DNA of 64,000 nucleotides from Savitreella phatthalungensis (Eukaryota): NCBI GenBank assembly GCA_051599415.1, contig AP039693.1, positions 558,001 to 622,000 of the forward strand, read 5' to 3'. Shown piece by piece: positions 53,700 to 64,000 of this stretch (position 1 is its first letter; each line of letters starts with the position of its first letter). The notes under the pieces were generated by a model. It saw only the letters and a program-made list of their open reading frames with translations, ran no database searches and was not told where the DNA came from. The position numbers and the translations under genes were made by a program.

Positions 53700-56600
53700 A
53701 TGAACACAGCTGAGCCGATTGGCACGCAAGTGCTCAAGGTCAGATTCGGGACCTTCACTCAGGCCGACATCGATCGTCTCAGTGTGCTGCATGTCACGAA
53801 CGAGACAATATTCGACAACCTCGGTCACCCTACATATGGCGGTCTCTATGACCCACGGATGGGACCGTCGATGCGCGGCATCTCCTGTGGCACATGTCAT
53901 CAGGACGAGCGGCATTGCCCAGGACACTTTGGGCACATTCAGCTCGCTCAGGTCGCATATCATCCGCTCTTTCTTCCACAGATGTTCTCCCTCTTGAGAG
54001 GCATGTGCATGTTCTGCTACAAGCTGAGATTGGCACGTGCAGAAGTCGACAAGTACGCATGCAGGCTTGCACTGCTCGAGCGCGGCCTCCTTTACGAGTC
54101 GCAGAACTTGGCAGAGATGGAGTTCAGCAGCAAGGATGATATCCAGGAAGAGGACGAAGAGAAGGAGAAAAAGCCAAAGGCCGTCACGAGTGCAGATGAC
54201 GTAGTACGTCGTCGTCATGCATTCGTACGAGACTGTTTAGCTCGTGCTGGCCCTCAACAAGTCAGCAATAGTGATTCCGCCGTATCAGAGGCTCGCCGGC
54301 TACTCATCAAGCAGTTCCTCAGCGAGATCGTCGGACGCAAGCGCTGTGACAACTGCGCTGCATACTCGCCAGCATATCGTAAGGATGGATTTGCCAAGAT
54401 TTTCCAGCTACCTCTGGCCGCCAAGTACAAGGCGTACATGGACCAGCACGGTCGATCACTCGTCAACGTCATGCTGCAAAAGGCACACTACGAGGACAGA
54501 GTTGTCGAACCTGGAGAAGCGCCCGGAGCTGAAAGTGACGAAAATGGAGACGCGACGTCGAGCGTCGTCATGAGTGACAGCGAAAGCGAAGACGAGGCCA
54601 CGACAAACCAACGGCCCGCAACTCCTTCCAAAAGTGGCAGATATGTGCCCAGTCGCGAGGTCTACCTGCTCATGGAGCGACTCTTCCAGAACGAACATGG
54701 AGTGATGAAATACATCTACCGTGGACAGGCACAGCGACCAGACCACAGTTTCTTATTCCTCAGCTCCGTGCTTGTGCCGCCGGTCAAATACAGGCCTGCT
54801 TCTCATCTCGGCGACCAAGTTCATGAAAACGCTCAGAATGAGCTTCTCTCGAAGATTCTCGTGGCTTCGAATCAGGTGAGGCACTTCGCAAGTCTCGGTG
54901 CAGCCAAGGATACCCCGGAACCTGTACGACAGCAGGCCGAGAGACAGCTCGTCGAACAGCTCATTATGCTTCAACATCGTGTCAACTCGCTCATCGATTC
55001 GAACCGCAATCCCGATCCGCTGCATCAGGGTCAAGAGCACACCGCAGGTATCAAGCAGACTCTGGAAAAGAAGGAGGGTCTTTTCCGAAAGCACATGATG
55101 GGCAAGCGTGTTAATTACGCAGCGCGTTCCGTCATCTCTCCAGATCCGAATATTGAGACGAGCGAAATCGGTGTACCACCCGTTTTCGCCAGGAAGCTCA
55201 CTTACCCGGAACCCGTCACTGCCCACAACTACGCGGAAATGCGACTCGCTGTGATCAACGGACCTGCAGTGCATCCTGGCGCGACAGCTGTCCAAAATGA
55301 GGACGGCACTATTGTCTCCCTTGCGACTCTCACGCAGGAAGGCCGTACAGCAATAGCCAACCAGTTGCTGACACCACAGAATCGCACAGGTACCGGACTT
55401 GAAGGCTCTCGGATCGCTGCAACAAACAAAAAAGTCTTCCGTCATCTACGCAACGGCGATATGCTGCTGCTCAATCGTCAGCCGACCCTGCACAAGCCAT
55501 CCATCATGGCGCACCGTGCTCGTGTGCTGACGGGAGAGAAAACCATCCGAATGCACTACGCAAATTGTAACACATACAATGCCGACTTCGACGGCGATGA
55601 GATGAACATGCACTTCCCACAGAATGAGGTTGCTCGTGCGGAAGCGCAGCTCATTGCCAACACTGACAACCAGTATCTCGTGCCTACGAGCGGCAACCCA
55701 CTTCGCGGTCTCATCCAGGATCACGTTGTCATCGCTGTGTGGATGACGAACAAAGAGACCTGGTTCACGCGAGCAGAGTATCAGCAGCTCTTGTACGGTA
55801 CTCTGAAGCCTGAAGACGAGACCGATGCTACCGCTGAGCCGCGCATTCTCACGCTACCACCGTCCATCATCAAGCCAAGAGCCTTGTGGTCGGGTAAGCA
55901 GGTCATCTCGACGCTGCTCCTCAACCTCAAACCAGACGGCCATGGATTGAACTTGACGTCCAAATGCAAGGTCGCTGGCAAGTATTGGCACAAGGGCTCC
56001 GAAGAAGGCGAGGTAATTTTCAAGGACGGTCACATGATGACTGGTATCTTGGACAAGTCTCAATTCGGCGCGAGTGCGTACGGCCTTGTCCACTCTGTCT
56101 ACGAGATCTACGGTGCAGAATACGCCGGCCGTCTGTTGTCGATGCTCGGCAGACTCTTCACAAAGTATTCTCAGATGCGTGCCTTCACATGTCGCATGGA
56201 CGACTTGCGTCTGAATGAGGAGGGCGACGCACAGCGCCACGCCCTTCTGCAGCAGGGTCAGACAGCTGGATTGGAGGCGTCGTCAGCGTACGTGGGTACG
56301 GCCGCCAAGGATTCGAAGGAGCTGCGCCGTCGGCTTGAAGAAGTGCTACGTGATGATGAGAAGCTCGCAGGACTCGACGCCGCCATGAAGGGCAAAATGA
56401 ACAAGGTGACGTCGGCCGTGATCGACAAGTGCCTACCGGACGGCCTGCTGCGCAAATTCCCGCACAACCACATGCAGACCATGACAATCTCTGGCGCAAA
56501 GGGTTCGAATGTCAACGTCTCGCAGATCTCGTGTTTGTTGGGTCAGCAGGAGCTGGAAGGCCGGCGTGTGCCTACGATGGTCTCGGGCAAGACTCTTCCG

Positions 56601-58670
56601 TCCTTCAAGCCTTTCGACACCTCAGCAAAGGCCGGTGGCTTCATTGCAGGGCGTTTCTTGACCGGTATCAAGCCACAGGAGTACTACTTCCACTGTATGG
56701 CCGGCCGCGAGGGTCTTATCGACACGGCCGTCAAGACTTCTCGATCAGGATACCTGCAACGTTGCCTGATGAAGCACCTCGAAGGTATTCGTGTCGCCTA
56801 CGACGGCTCTGTCCGTGACGCGGACGGATCCCTCATCCAAACGGCCTACGGAGAGGACAGTCTCGACATCATCAAGCAGAAGCACCTATTCGAGTTTGCC
56901 TTCTCGGCTGACAATTTCCGCGCCCTGAAAGAGAAGTACCGCGTGGATGAGCTTGCATCGAAACAGACCTTCCTCGACCTTTCTAGCGATGGTCGTAAGC
57001 TCATGGATAAAGCCCGCAAGAAGCCACACAAGTACGGTCCGCCGATCGCGTCTCACTCGGCCGCTCGTCAAGTGGGCATCACGTCCGAGGCTTTCCATGA
57101 TCGTTTGGACAAGTTTGTGGCAGGACACAAATTTGCCGAAGGTTTGTCTGCGAACATCTTCCGCTCGCTGATGCACCTGCGCTATCAAATGTCGCTCGTC
57201 GAGCCCGGAGAGGCGGTTGGAGTCTTGGCTTCTCAATCAGTCGGCGAGCCTTCGACGCAGATGACCCTCAACACCTTCCACTTTGCCGGCTTTGGCGCGA
57301 AGAACGTGACACTTGGTATTCCACGTCTCCGTGAAATCATCATGACGGCATCTGCATCGATCAAGACGCCCACCATGACGCTCAAGCTTCTCGAAGGTGT
57401 TTCTGAGGAGCGTGCGGACGGATTCGCCAAGGACAACTCCCGAGTCTCGCTTGCGCAGCTCGTCGACGATGTCAAGGTGGTCGAACGCCAGGACACGGAC
57501 AACAAGATGTACACACTCAAGCTGAATCTATTCACCGAGCAGGAGTACCGCGACGAGTACAACATCACAACGGAGCGACTGGCACAGGTTGTGGCAGAGC
57601 GATTCCCACGAGCACTCAAGCGCGCTGTCGTCGCAGAGCTCAAGAAGGCTGGTGCGCGCAACGTAGTTGTTGGTGAGACATCGAAGACGAAGGAGAAGCA
57701 GGTGGCGAGTGACGAGGCTGCAGCCGCTAAAGCAGAGTCGGACGACGACAATGACGGTGGCGAGGACGAGGGTGAAGGCCCTGACGGTGATGCCACCAAT
57801 TCACGCTACCACGACCGATCAAGGATGAAAGCTACGTACGATGCGCCTGACGAGGAAGAGGAGGCGATTCGCAAGGCCGCGAATGCAGATGTCGAGATGG
57901 AAGGCGATGACGATGATGACGATGACTCGTCCGTCGATCTGCCAGACGCCTCTGATGACGAACGCGAGACGCCAGCGGCGCGAGAGCAGCGCAAGGCGGC
58001 GGAGGAAACCGCTGGCTCCCTCCTCTCCATTGCAGCGGCAGGATACGAGAACATCACGGCGTTCGAATTTGGATCGAGCTGTAGCCTGACGCTGACGTTC
58101 CCGCTGACGACGCCGAAGTTGCTGATGGTGAACGTGGTCGAAATGGCATGCAAGGCGACAGTCATTCAAGAAGTGCCTGGAATCGTGCGTGCCTTCCGCA
58201 CGCAAGCAGAGGGACTGGACGAGTCTCGTCTCGTCGCGACCGAAGGTGTCAACTTCAAGGCCTTCTGGAACGCTTCAGACATCGTGTCGGCCAACGACCT
58301 TTACTCGAATGATATTGCGGCCATCGGACGCACTTACGGCGTGGAGGCGATGCGCGGTGCCATCATCAGGGAAGTGTCTGGGGTATTTGCCGTCTACGGA
58401 ATCGGTGTTGATCGACGTCATCTCTCCCTCATCGCAGACTACATGACCTTCGACGGCGGCTACAGGCCTTTCAACCGGATGGGCATCGAGTCAAACCCAT
58501 CACCTTTCCTCAAGATGACCTACGAGACAACCTGCACATTCCTCACTCAAGCAGCACTCCACGGAGACACAGACACCTTGCAGAATCCATCGGCAAACAT
58601 CGTTCTAGGAAAACCTCTAGGACTTGGAACTTCCGCTTTCGATATCCTCCAACCAATGGTTACTGCATGA
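53700..58670 (+). CDS. RPA190: RNA polymerase I largest subunit
   Basis: CPGHFGHI, LEKKEGLFRKHMMGKRVN, catalytic YNADFDGDEMN, TMVSGKTLP and TQMTLNTFHFAG (Pol I-type signatures). Confidence 0.98.
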   Translation: MNTAEPIGTQVLKVRFGTFTQADIDRLSVLHVTNETIFDNLGHPTYGGLYDPRMGPSMRGISCGTCHQDERHCPGHFGHIQLAQVAYHPLFLPQMFSLLRGMCMFCYKLRLARAEVDKYACRLALLERGLLYESQNLAEMEFSSKDDIQEEDEEKEKKPKAVTSADDVVRRRHAFVRDCLARAGPQQVSNSDSAVSEARRLLIKQFLSEIVGRKRCDNCAAYSPAYRKDGFAKIFQLPLAAKYKAYMDQHGRSLVNVMLQKAHYEDRVVEPGEAPGAESDENGDATSSVVMSDSESEDEATTNQRPATPSKSGRYVPSREVYLLMERLFQNEHGVMKYIYRGQAQRPDHSFLFLSSVLVPPVKYRPASHLGDQVHENAQNELLSKILVASNQVRHFASLGAAKDTPEPVRQQAERQLVEQLIMLQHRVNSLIDSNRNPDPLHQGQEHTAGIKQTLEKKEGLFRKHMMGKRVNYAARSVISPDPNIETSEIGVPPVFARKLTYPEPVTAHNYAEMRLAVINGPAVHPGATAVQNEDGTIVSLATLTQEGRTAIANQLLTPQNRTGTGLEGSRIAATNKKVFRHLRNGDMLLLNRQPTLHKPSIMAHRARVLTGEKTIRMHYANCNTYNADFDGDEMNMHFPQNEVARAEAQLIANTDNQYLVPTSGNPLRGLIQDHVVIAVWMTNKETWFTRAEYQQLLYGTLKPEDETDATAEPRILTLPPSIIKPRALWSGKQVISTLLLNLKPDGHGLNLTSKCKVAGKYWHKGSEEGEVIFKDGHMMTGILDKSQFGASAYGLVHSVYEIYGAEYAGRLLSMLGRLFTKYSQMRAFTCRMDDLRLNEEGDAQRHALLQQGQTAGLEASSAYVGTAAKDSKELRRRLEEVLRDDEKLAGLDAAMKGKMNKVTSAVIDKCLPDGLLRKFPHNHMQTMTISGAKGSNVNVSQISCLLGQQELEGRRVPTMVSGKTLPSFKPFDTSAKAGGFIAGRFLTGIKPQEYYFHCMAGREGLIDTAVKTSRSGYLQRCLMKHLEGIRVAYDGSVRDADGSLIQTAYGEDSLDIIKQKHLFEFAFSADNFRALKEKYRVDELASKQTFLDLSSDGRKLMDKARKKPHKYGPPIASHSAARQVGITSEAFHDRLDKFVAGHKFAEGLSANIFRSLMHLRYQMSLVEPGEAVGVLASQSVGEPSTQMTLNTFHFAGFGAKNVTLGIPRLREIIMTASASIKTPTMTLKLLEGVSEERADGFAKDNSRVSLAQLVDDVKVVERQDTDNKMYTLKLNLFTEQEYRDEYNITTERLAQVVAERFPRALKRAVVAELKKAGARNVVVGETSKTKEKQVASDEAAAAKAESDDDNDGGEDEGEGPDGDATNSRYHDRSRMKATYDAPDEEEEAIRKAANADVEMEGDDDDDDDSSVDLPDASDDERETPAAREQRKAAEETAGSLLSIAAAGYENITAFEFGSSCSLTLTFPLTTPKLLMVNVVEMACKATVIQEVPGIVRAFRTQAEGLDESRLVATEGVNFKAFWNASDIVSANDLYSNDIAAIGRTYGVEAMRGAIIREVSGVFAVYGIGVDRRHLSLIADYMTFDGGYRPFNRMGIESNPSPFLKMTYETTCTFLTQAALHGDTDTLQNPSANIVLGKPLGLGTSAFDILQPMVTA

Positions 58671-58764
58671 GCGGCTTGGTGAGTGGAACGTGATTCGTAT
58701 ATCGAGACTATCGACTGTATGTACAAATATGAGATGATTGAACTTATCTCAGCAATTGACGTGG

Positions 58765-59745
58765 TTACTGGTGATCGAGTGCAGCTGCTTTCTCCAACGC
58801 GGCAGGTGAGAATATGGAGAGGGGCAGGTGTGCGGAGACGCAGTAATTCGGCATGTCGACACAGCAGGCGACCTTGAGTTCTACGGCTGTGGAACAGAGC
58901 ATGTAGGCTTCTGACTCCGACAACCCGAAGCCTGCACCGAGGTAGGCGATCATGGCGAGTGTGGCGTTCCGCGTGGCAGCTTCGAGGGTGGGCTCGATGC
59001 CGAGGGTGATGTGGTAGCCGCGGTCGCCTGTAGGCGGGATGGGCGGTGTGGACATGTTGGGACCGTGGACTGTGGCGGATGTGAGGGATGTACTCTTTCG
59101 AACCGTCAGCCGCACACGCACATCCACACTCGTCTCGATCGCAGTCCCACACACCTCACCATCACCTTGAGCAGCGTGCCCATCACCAATCGAGAACAGA
59201 CCACCCTCACACTCCACAGGCAGGTACACCCTAGAGCCAGCAACAGCGTACCGCGTGTCCAGGTTCCCACCAGTCCGATACGGCGGGATGGTCGAAAAGG
59301 CTCCTGGGATACCGCGGGCGAGACCGATCTCTCCGCAGAAGGGTCGGAGTGGGAGGGTTATGTGGTCGTTGAATTTGGCAGTCATGGACGTGCGATCGAG
59401 TTTCCAGATCTTCAGGTGCGGTTGAGGGAATCTGTCAGACAGGAGTCCAAAGTCAGGAATAATCCCCGTCCAGCCCCAATCACAGGCTAGAGAGATCTCT
59501 TCAAATAGGACTTCGAGAACGTCTCCGGGAGCAGCTCCCTCGATGTAGATTGGCCCGTTCACCTGATCGAGCCGTGACATGTCAAACGACAGCAGGTCTT
59601 GTGCGGTTGTTTCAGGCGTTACTTGGCCATTGGATGCATCCAGGCAGTTGAAGGTGACAGTCTCGCCTGAAGCAATCCGTGCTACAGGGGCGATGGAGTT
59701 GTCCCAGGCGAGATGGTACTGATGCTGGTGAATGTGCGGAGCCAT
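58765..59745 (-). CDS. Acetamidase/formamidase (FmdA/AmdA family), 326 aa from ATG 59745
   Basis: HLAWDNSI.P, GPIYIEGAAPGDVL.V, PFCGEIG, GGNLD, LPV...GGLFSIGDGHAAQGDGEVCGTAIE and EAYMLCS. Confidence 0.92.
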   Translation of the reverse strand: MAPHIHQHQYHLAWDNSIAPVARIASGETVTFNCLDASNGQVTPETTAQDLLSFDMSRLDQVNGPIYIEGAAPGDVLEVLFEEISLACDWGWTGIIPDFGLLSDRFPQPHLKIWKLDRTSMTAKFNDHITLPLRPFCGEIGLARGIPGAFSTIPPYRTGGNLDTRYAVAGSRVYLPVECEGGLFSIGDGHAAQGDGEVCGTAIETSVDVRVRLTVRKSTSLTSATVHGPNMSTPPIPPTGDRGYHITLGIEPTLEAATRNATLAMIAYLGAGFGLSESEAYMLCSTAVELKVACCVDMPNYCVSAHLPLSIFSPAALEKAAALDHQ

Positions 59746-60369
59746 TGGGTTGAATTCGACGGGGGTCTGGTTGAGGAGGACTACCGCTGTGATCCAGTCA
59801 GGAGTCAAAGAGGCCTGTGACACTAGCACGAGCTCGATCAGCGGTTCAAGCAAGCGTTGTTTGAGTCTATCAGGTGGAACAAGGACGGGCTTTGACTCGG
59901 ACGGACTTCGAGAGGAGCACAAAGTCGTACAGCATATGCGCGTTACGATGGATATGGGTGACTGTGCTGATTGGTGGATGGAGAATTGTGGAGCCGATGG
60001 AGATTTTGCTGGTCGTTCGAGGTCTCCAATCACGTGTCTAGGAACCATGAATGCACGGTCCTGCTGTTCGGAGGATTTCTAGGAGGTGCATCTCCAGCTG
60101 ACATGGAAAACGAGTCACAGCCAGTGTCAGAGTTCAGACTTACCATTGGATGCCTGTGAAGGAGACTCTGGCTGGGTATCAGTGTAGTGCTTGACCATAT
60201 GAGGTTGTTCAGGCTACGTGGCCTCTGGGAAGATATGATCCGCGGATGTGGTTTAAGGAAGCTGGAGTAATGCAGGCATTGATCCTCGACAGCTCTACAC
60301 AAGGTCGTTCAGCGTACGTGCGTGCATGCATGCGTACGAGCGAGTGAGTGAAGAGCATCGAAGGACAGG

Positions 60370-60424
60370 AATTGACTTGACTTGACTTGATTAGAATTGA
60401 TTTGACTTGACTTGACTTGAGTTG
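60370..60424. repeat. Degenerate (ANTTG)11 pentamer microsatellite
   Basis: aattg acttg acttg acttg attag aattg atttg acttg acttg acttg agttg. Confidence 0.85.
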
Positions 60425-60516
60425 ATGAGTATGACTGCCAAGACTATTTATAGTAAGTGCTTTGAAGTGGTTGTGGTTGATTCTACCAGGTAGGGGCTCC
60501 AGCTAGCTGAACTAAT

Positions 60517-60560
60517 GAGTGAGTGAGTGAGTGAGTAAGTGAGTGAGTGAGTGAGTGAGT
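60517..60560. repeat. (GAGT)11 microsatellite with one AAGT variant
   Basis: Read directly. Confidence 0.9.
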
Positions 60561-61103
60561 GATTGAATGCATGGATGAATGAATGAATAGATCCAGTGAC
60601 TGACATGTGAGCAAGCGAATGAACAGACTAAGTGTGAGTCTCCTATGCAGATACACTATATATGCTGTGATTGAATATTATAGATAGCAGTACATAGCTA
60701 GCAGTAGTCAGTCGTAAATTGTGGTAGATAGTGGTAGCCAGTAGTAGATACTAGTAGGTAGTAACAGACTTCCAGATATCTGACGGTGATCGATTGAAAT
60801 AGGCGATCTGGATCAGGTATCAATTGAGCGTCGAAATCTTAGCTCTATTTCCAAAGATAGATCTGAAACGAAGCTACGTCAGAGCTGTCTTTTGACCTTG
60901 ATCAGATACAATATCACCAGTTAAAGACCAAGGTCACACGAACACAGAATCTACTTTACACCAGCATCAAATTAAATTATAATTTAATCATAATCAAATC
61001 ATCCACTCACTCAATTAATCACACAATCAGTCACTCAGTCAGTCAGAGTAACCACGTACGCGCAAACACTCACACTAACACTCACACTCTCAGAGTCACT
61101 CCT

Positions 61104-61175
61104 ACTCACTCACTCACTCACTCACTCACTCACTCACTCACTCACTCACTCACTCACTCACTCACTCACTCACTC
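61104..61175. repeat. (ACTC)18 microsatellite
   Basis: Read directly. Confidence 0.92.
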
Positions 61176-61387
61176 TCAGTCACACACTCAGACAACGTAC
61201 GGAGACGTCCACGCACGCACGCACGCCAACATCACAGAACCAACTTGTCACAGTCTCAACCTGTCAGCGTCTCACACACACATACACACTGGTATCAATC
61301 CTCTCCACCATCCTCCTTAGTATCCACAGTCACTTATTCCAGAGTGACAAAATAGATAACATCACATCATCTACACATCCATCAGTC

Positions 61388-62713
61388 ATGTCATCCAACA
61401 ACACCAACAACAGCAAGACTTTTGTACCAGAGTCAGGTCTCACAACCGACAAGCCTGACGTTCTCCCTCAATCAGCTCCACAGCGCACCTCCCAGGGAAT
61501 CACAGCACCACCGGCCATCGTCAAGGAAGCAGACAAGGTCACTGGCGAACTGAACGCACTCACATCCACCATCGGCCAGGGTGACGACGGACAGCACCCA
61601 ATCAAGAAGTACCATTCCTGTAAGTCTATCCCCTGAAGACCAGTGCGACTGACATGTCTCCCTTTCTTTTCATCTCAGCTCGCACTAGTCTTCTGTCTTC
61701 CTTCTAAATCTCTAATCTCTCGCTCTCTCTCCTGTGTGACATCATTCACACAAGCCTGATTAGATCGATTTTATTTCTCTTTGATAGTCCAGTCCACTAA
61801 CCACGCTCTTTCCTTCACAATAGTCTTCTACCAGCTCCTCACATGGCAACATCCTCGTGCTAGCGGCGTCCTCCTCCTTGCCACCATCGGCTCTATTCTC
61901 ACCTCTCGCTTCGTCGATATTCCAAGACTCGCATTCTACAGTCTCTGGACAGGTCTACTCGCCACAGTCTCCCTCGAACTCGTTGGAAGATTCGTCTTCC
62001 GTAGCAAGCAAGGTCTCGTCTCCCAATTCGCACCAAAGCAGCTCTACACCATCCCGCGTGCTTCTCTCGACCCAATCTTCGACGAGACACACTCCCTCCT
62101 CAACTTCATTGTTGGTGAGGTTCAGCGTCTACTCTTTGTCCGCAACGTGAGACACTCCCTTGTTGCATTCGCCAGCAGCTTTGTTGCCTACAACCTCATC
62201 AAGCTCCTCCCACTCTGGGGTTTGCTCATCATCGGAACCCTCCTTGCCTTTGCCCTCCCGCCACTCTACCTCCGTCACCAGCAAGCGATCGACGCACAGC
62301 TTCAGAAGGCAGCGGAGATCTCACAGCAGCACTACAACAATGCCTACGAGACCGCTTCCAAGCAGGCTTCCGAACTCGCAGACAAGGCTCGCACAACTGT
62401 CATCGACCTCGGCAACAAGGCAGGCGTCGACGTCCGCCCGTATATCTCCGGTCCAGGACCCGTCACATCCACCTCTGTCCAAGACGAACTCGCCAAGCAG
62501 CCGATCCTGACCGATGCAAAGCCTAAGGCCGACGGTGTCCTTACGAACAAGGTGCCGACGACCGGTGCCTCTTCCGCATCAGCAGCCGCACCATCTACGG
62601 GCTCTGCCACGAAGAGCCCACCGACGGGTGAGCACGTTGCTGACAAGACTGCTCATGACGACAACTTGCCAGCCGTCAAGGCGGTGAAGAACGAGGACTC
62701 GATTGCGGTCTAG
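61388..62713 (+). CDS. RTN1: Reticulon-like ER-shaping protein; exons 61388-61619 and 61824-62713
   Basis: GTAAGT donor at 61620, CTAAC branch at ~61797 and TAG acceptor at 61823 give YHSFFYQLLTWQHPRASG; two long hydrophobic hairpins and AFALPPLY..HQ..ID. Confidence 0.88.
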
Positions 62714-62817
62714 ATTTAGCCACCGAGATTCGTCACCATCACGTGACCTCAGCTCCTGCTCGAAACACATCGCCCTTTGCGACTGTGAGACCAAACTAGA
62801 ACCGACCAATTCGACGC

Positions 62818-62847
62818 CAAGACAAGACAAGACAAGACGAGACAAGA
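62818..62847. repeat. (GACAA)n pentamer microsatellite in the RTN1 3' region
   Basis: caagacaagacaagacaagacgagacaag. Confidence 0.75.
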
Positions 62848-63066
62848 CTCATCCAAACCAAGAGAAAGAGAGAGGGAGACACAAAGACTAAGAAGAGGCG
62901 GAGACACAAACTTATGTGGACCGCTTTCACGTACGCCATATGACCCATCCTCGACCTAACCATTACTACAATCCTTTTTGCGAAATTTTGTCTGCGTGAG
63001 TGCGTGAGTGCGTGCGTGCATCCCGTTTCCGCATCTATTCGCGTGATGTTGGTGGCTGACTGGAGC

Positions 63067-64000
63067 TCACTCGTCTGCATTGTCATCCGCAGCATCCATC
63101 AGCAGCATCAGATCCTCCTGAGTCTGTTCGAGCTGTCCGGCAAGTTCCTCCTTCTCCTTCTCCAATGCCGCAACTCTCGCTTCCAAAACCTTCACTCGCT
63201 CATCCTCCTTTCCCTCCACCACCTCAACCTCTTTCACCTTCTCGAGCGCACCCCGAGCAACCGCTTTCGACTTGTCTACTTGTGCTCGAAGCTTCTCGAT
63301 CTCTCGCTCGTGGTCTCGCCGAAGGACCTCGATCTCCTTCTCGTGTTTCTCGACATACCGCTTCTCCAAATCCGCAAGCGCGCCTGTATGTGCACGGCGT
63401 TTGCGATCACCAACCTCACGCTCACGATCTACCACCTCCGAGTGCTCTCTCTTCAGCTCACGAACTTCAACCGCGTGAGCTTCACGAAGACTGTCGAGTG
63501 ATGCGGCGTGATCGGCTTTCAGGTTGGCGAGAGTGGTTGCTTGGGTTTCGGAGGTGGAGTCGGTAGCGGTTTTGCTTGCGTTCTCGAGCGCGGCGGCGTG
63601 AGTGGATTCGAGGGCTTCCAGTTCTTGAGCGTGAGATGCTTTGGCTGCGTCGAGGGCGGATGTCGCTCGAGCGAGCTCGGTTGCGTGTTGGTCACGCAGG
63701 CGTGACAGTTCAGCGGTGTTTGCATCCCGTGCTTGCGAAAGCTCCGAAGAGCTCTGGTCTTGTGCGAGTTGTAGTGCTTCCAAGTGCTGCTTCTTCAGGA
63801 CCTCTACAGCAGCCTGGGCGCCAGACTTGGCCTTGTCGAGAGCCTCGCGCACCCGCTTGTCGGCCTCGAGGCTTGCCACCTCTCGCGCTTTCTCGATAGC
63901 CTGATCGTGACCAGCCAATGCTTCCGACAGCTTACCGCTTGCTTGATCGCGCGCCCGCTCCGCATCCTCCCTTCGCTCGCGCTGCAGCTGGAGATCTCGA
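63067..64000 (-). CDS. Long coiled-coil protein, C-terminal part only (frame is open past the window end)
   Basis: No stop in frame from 63918 to 64000; E/A/L/R-rich helical sequence with repeated HxxExxxL units. Confidence 0.8.
   Translation of the reverse strand, partial: RDLQLQRERREDAERARDQASGKLSEALAGHDQAIEKAREVASLEADKRVREALDKAKSGAQAAVEVLKKQHLEALQLAQDQSSSELSQARDANTAELSRLRDQHATELARATSALDAAKASHAQELEALESTHAAALENASKTATDSTSETQATTLANLKADHAASLDSLREAHAVEVRELKREHSEVVDREREVGDRKRRAHTGALADLEKRYVEKHEKEIEVLRRDHEREIEKLRAQVDKSKAVARGALEKVKEVEVVEGKEDERVKVLEARVAALEKEKEELAGQLEQTQEDLMLLMDAADDNADE

Noticed and set aside
63067..63140. Uso1/p115 assignment from the C-terminal 'EDLMLLMD' plus acidic tail
   Set aside because: The similarity is too short and the diagnostic head domain lies outside the window.

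Overview
Gene-dense, intron-poor fungal genomic DNA. The gene content (EAF, neurofibromin-type RasGAP, eukaryotic UDP-galactopyranose mutase, few short introns) suggests an early-diverging ascomycete such as Taphrinomycotina; this placement is inference. About 31 protein genes are supported. Most are housekeeping: Sds3-like, ABZ1, NOP58, RPA12, EAF, Nup60-like, RPS0, CNS1, INCENP, YAH1 (2 introns), TBC GAP, NF1/IRA-like RasGAP, PRP3, RPA190 and RTN1 (1 intron). The standout accessory locus is at 3.4-11.9 kb: eight co-oriented, intronless, secreted proteins share one unrecognised 4-cysteine domain. Seven have TATA boxes, and the loop between Cys2 and Cys3 is hypervariable, reaching 204 aa with dibasic (Kex2-like) sites in the last copy. 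Other notable items are a His-rich hydrophilin with a plant dehydrin K-segment-like C-terminus, a divergent glfA/glfB-like galactofuranose gene pair, a recurrent intergenic AATCACGTG motif, and an unexplained ~3 kb between the RasGAP and PRP3. No rRNA, tRNA, CRISPR or intact mobile element was recognised. All family calls come from motif recognition by eye; no database searches were run.
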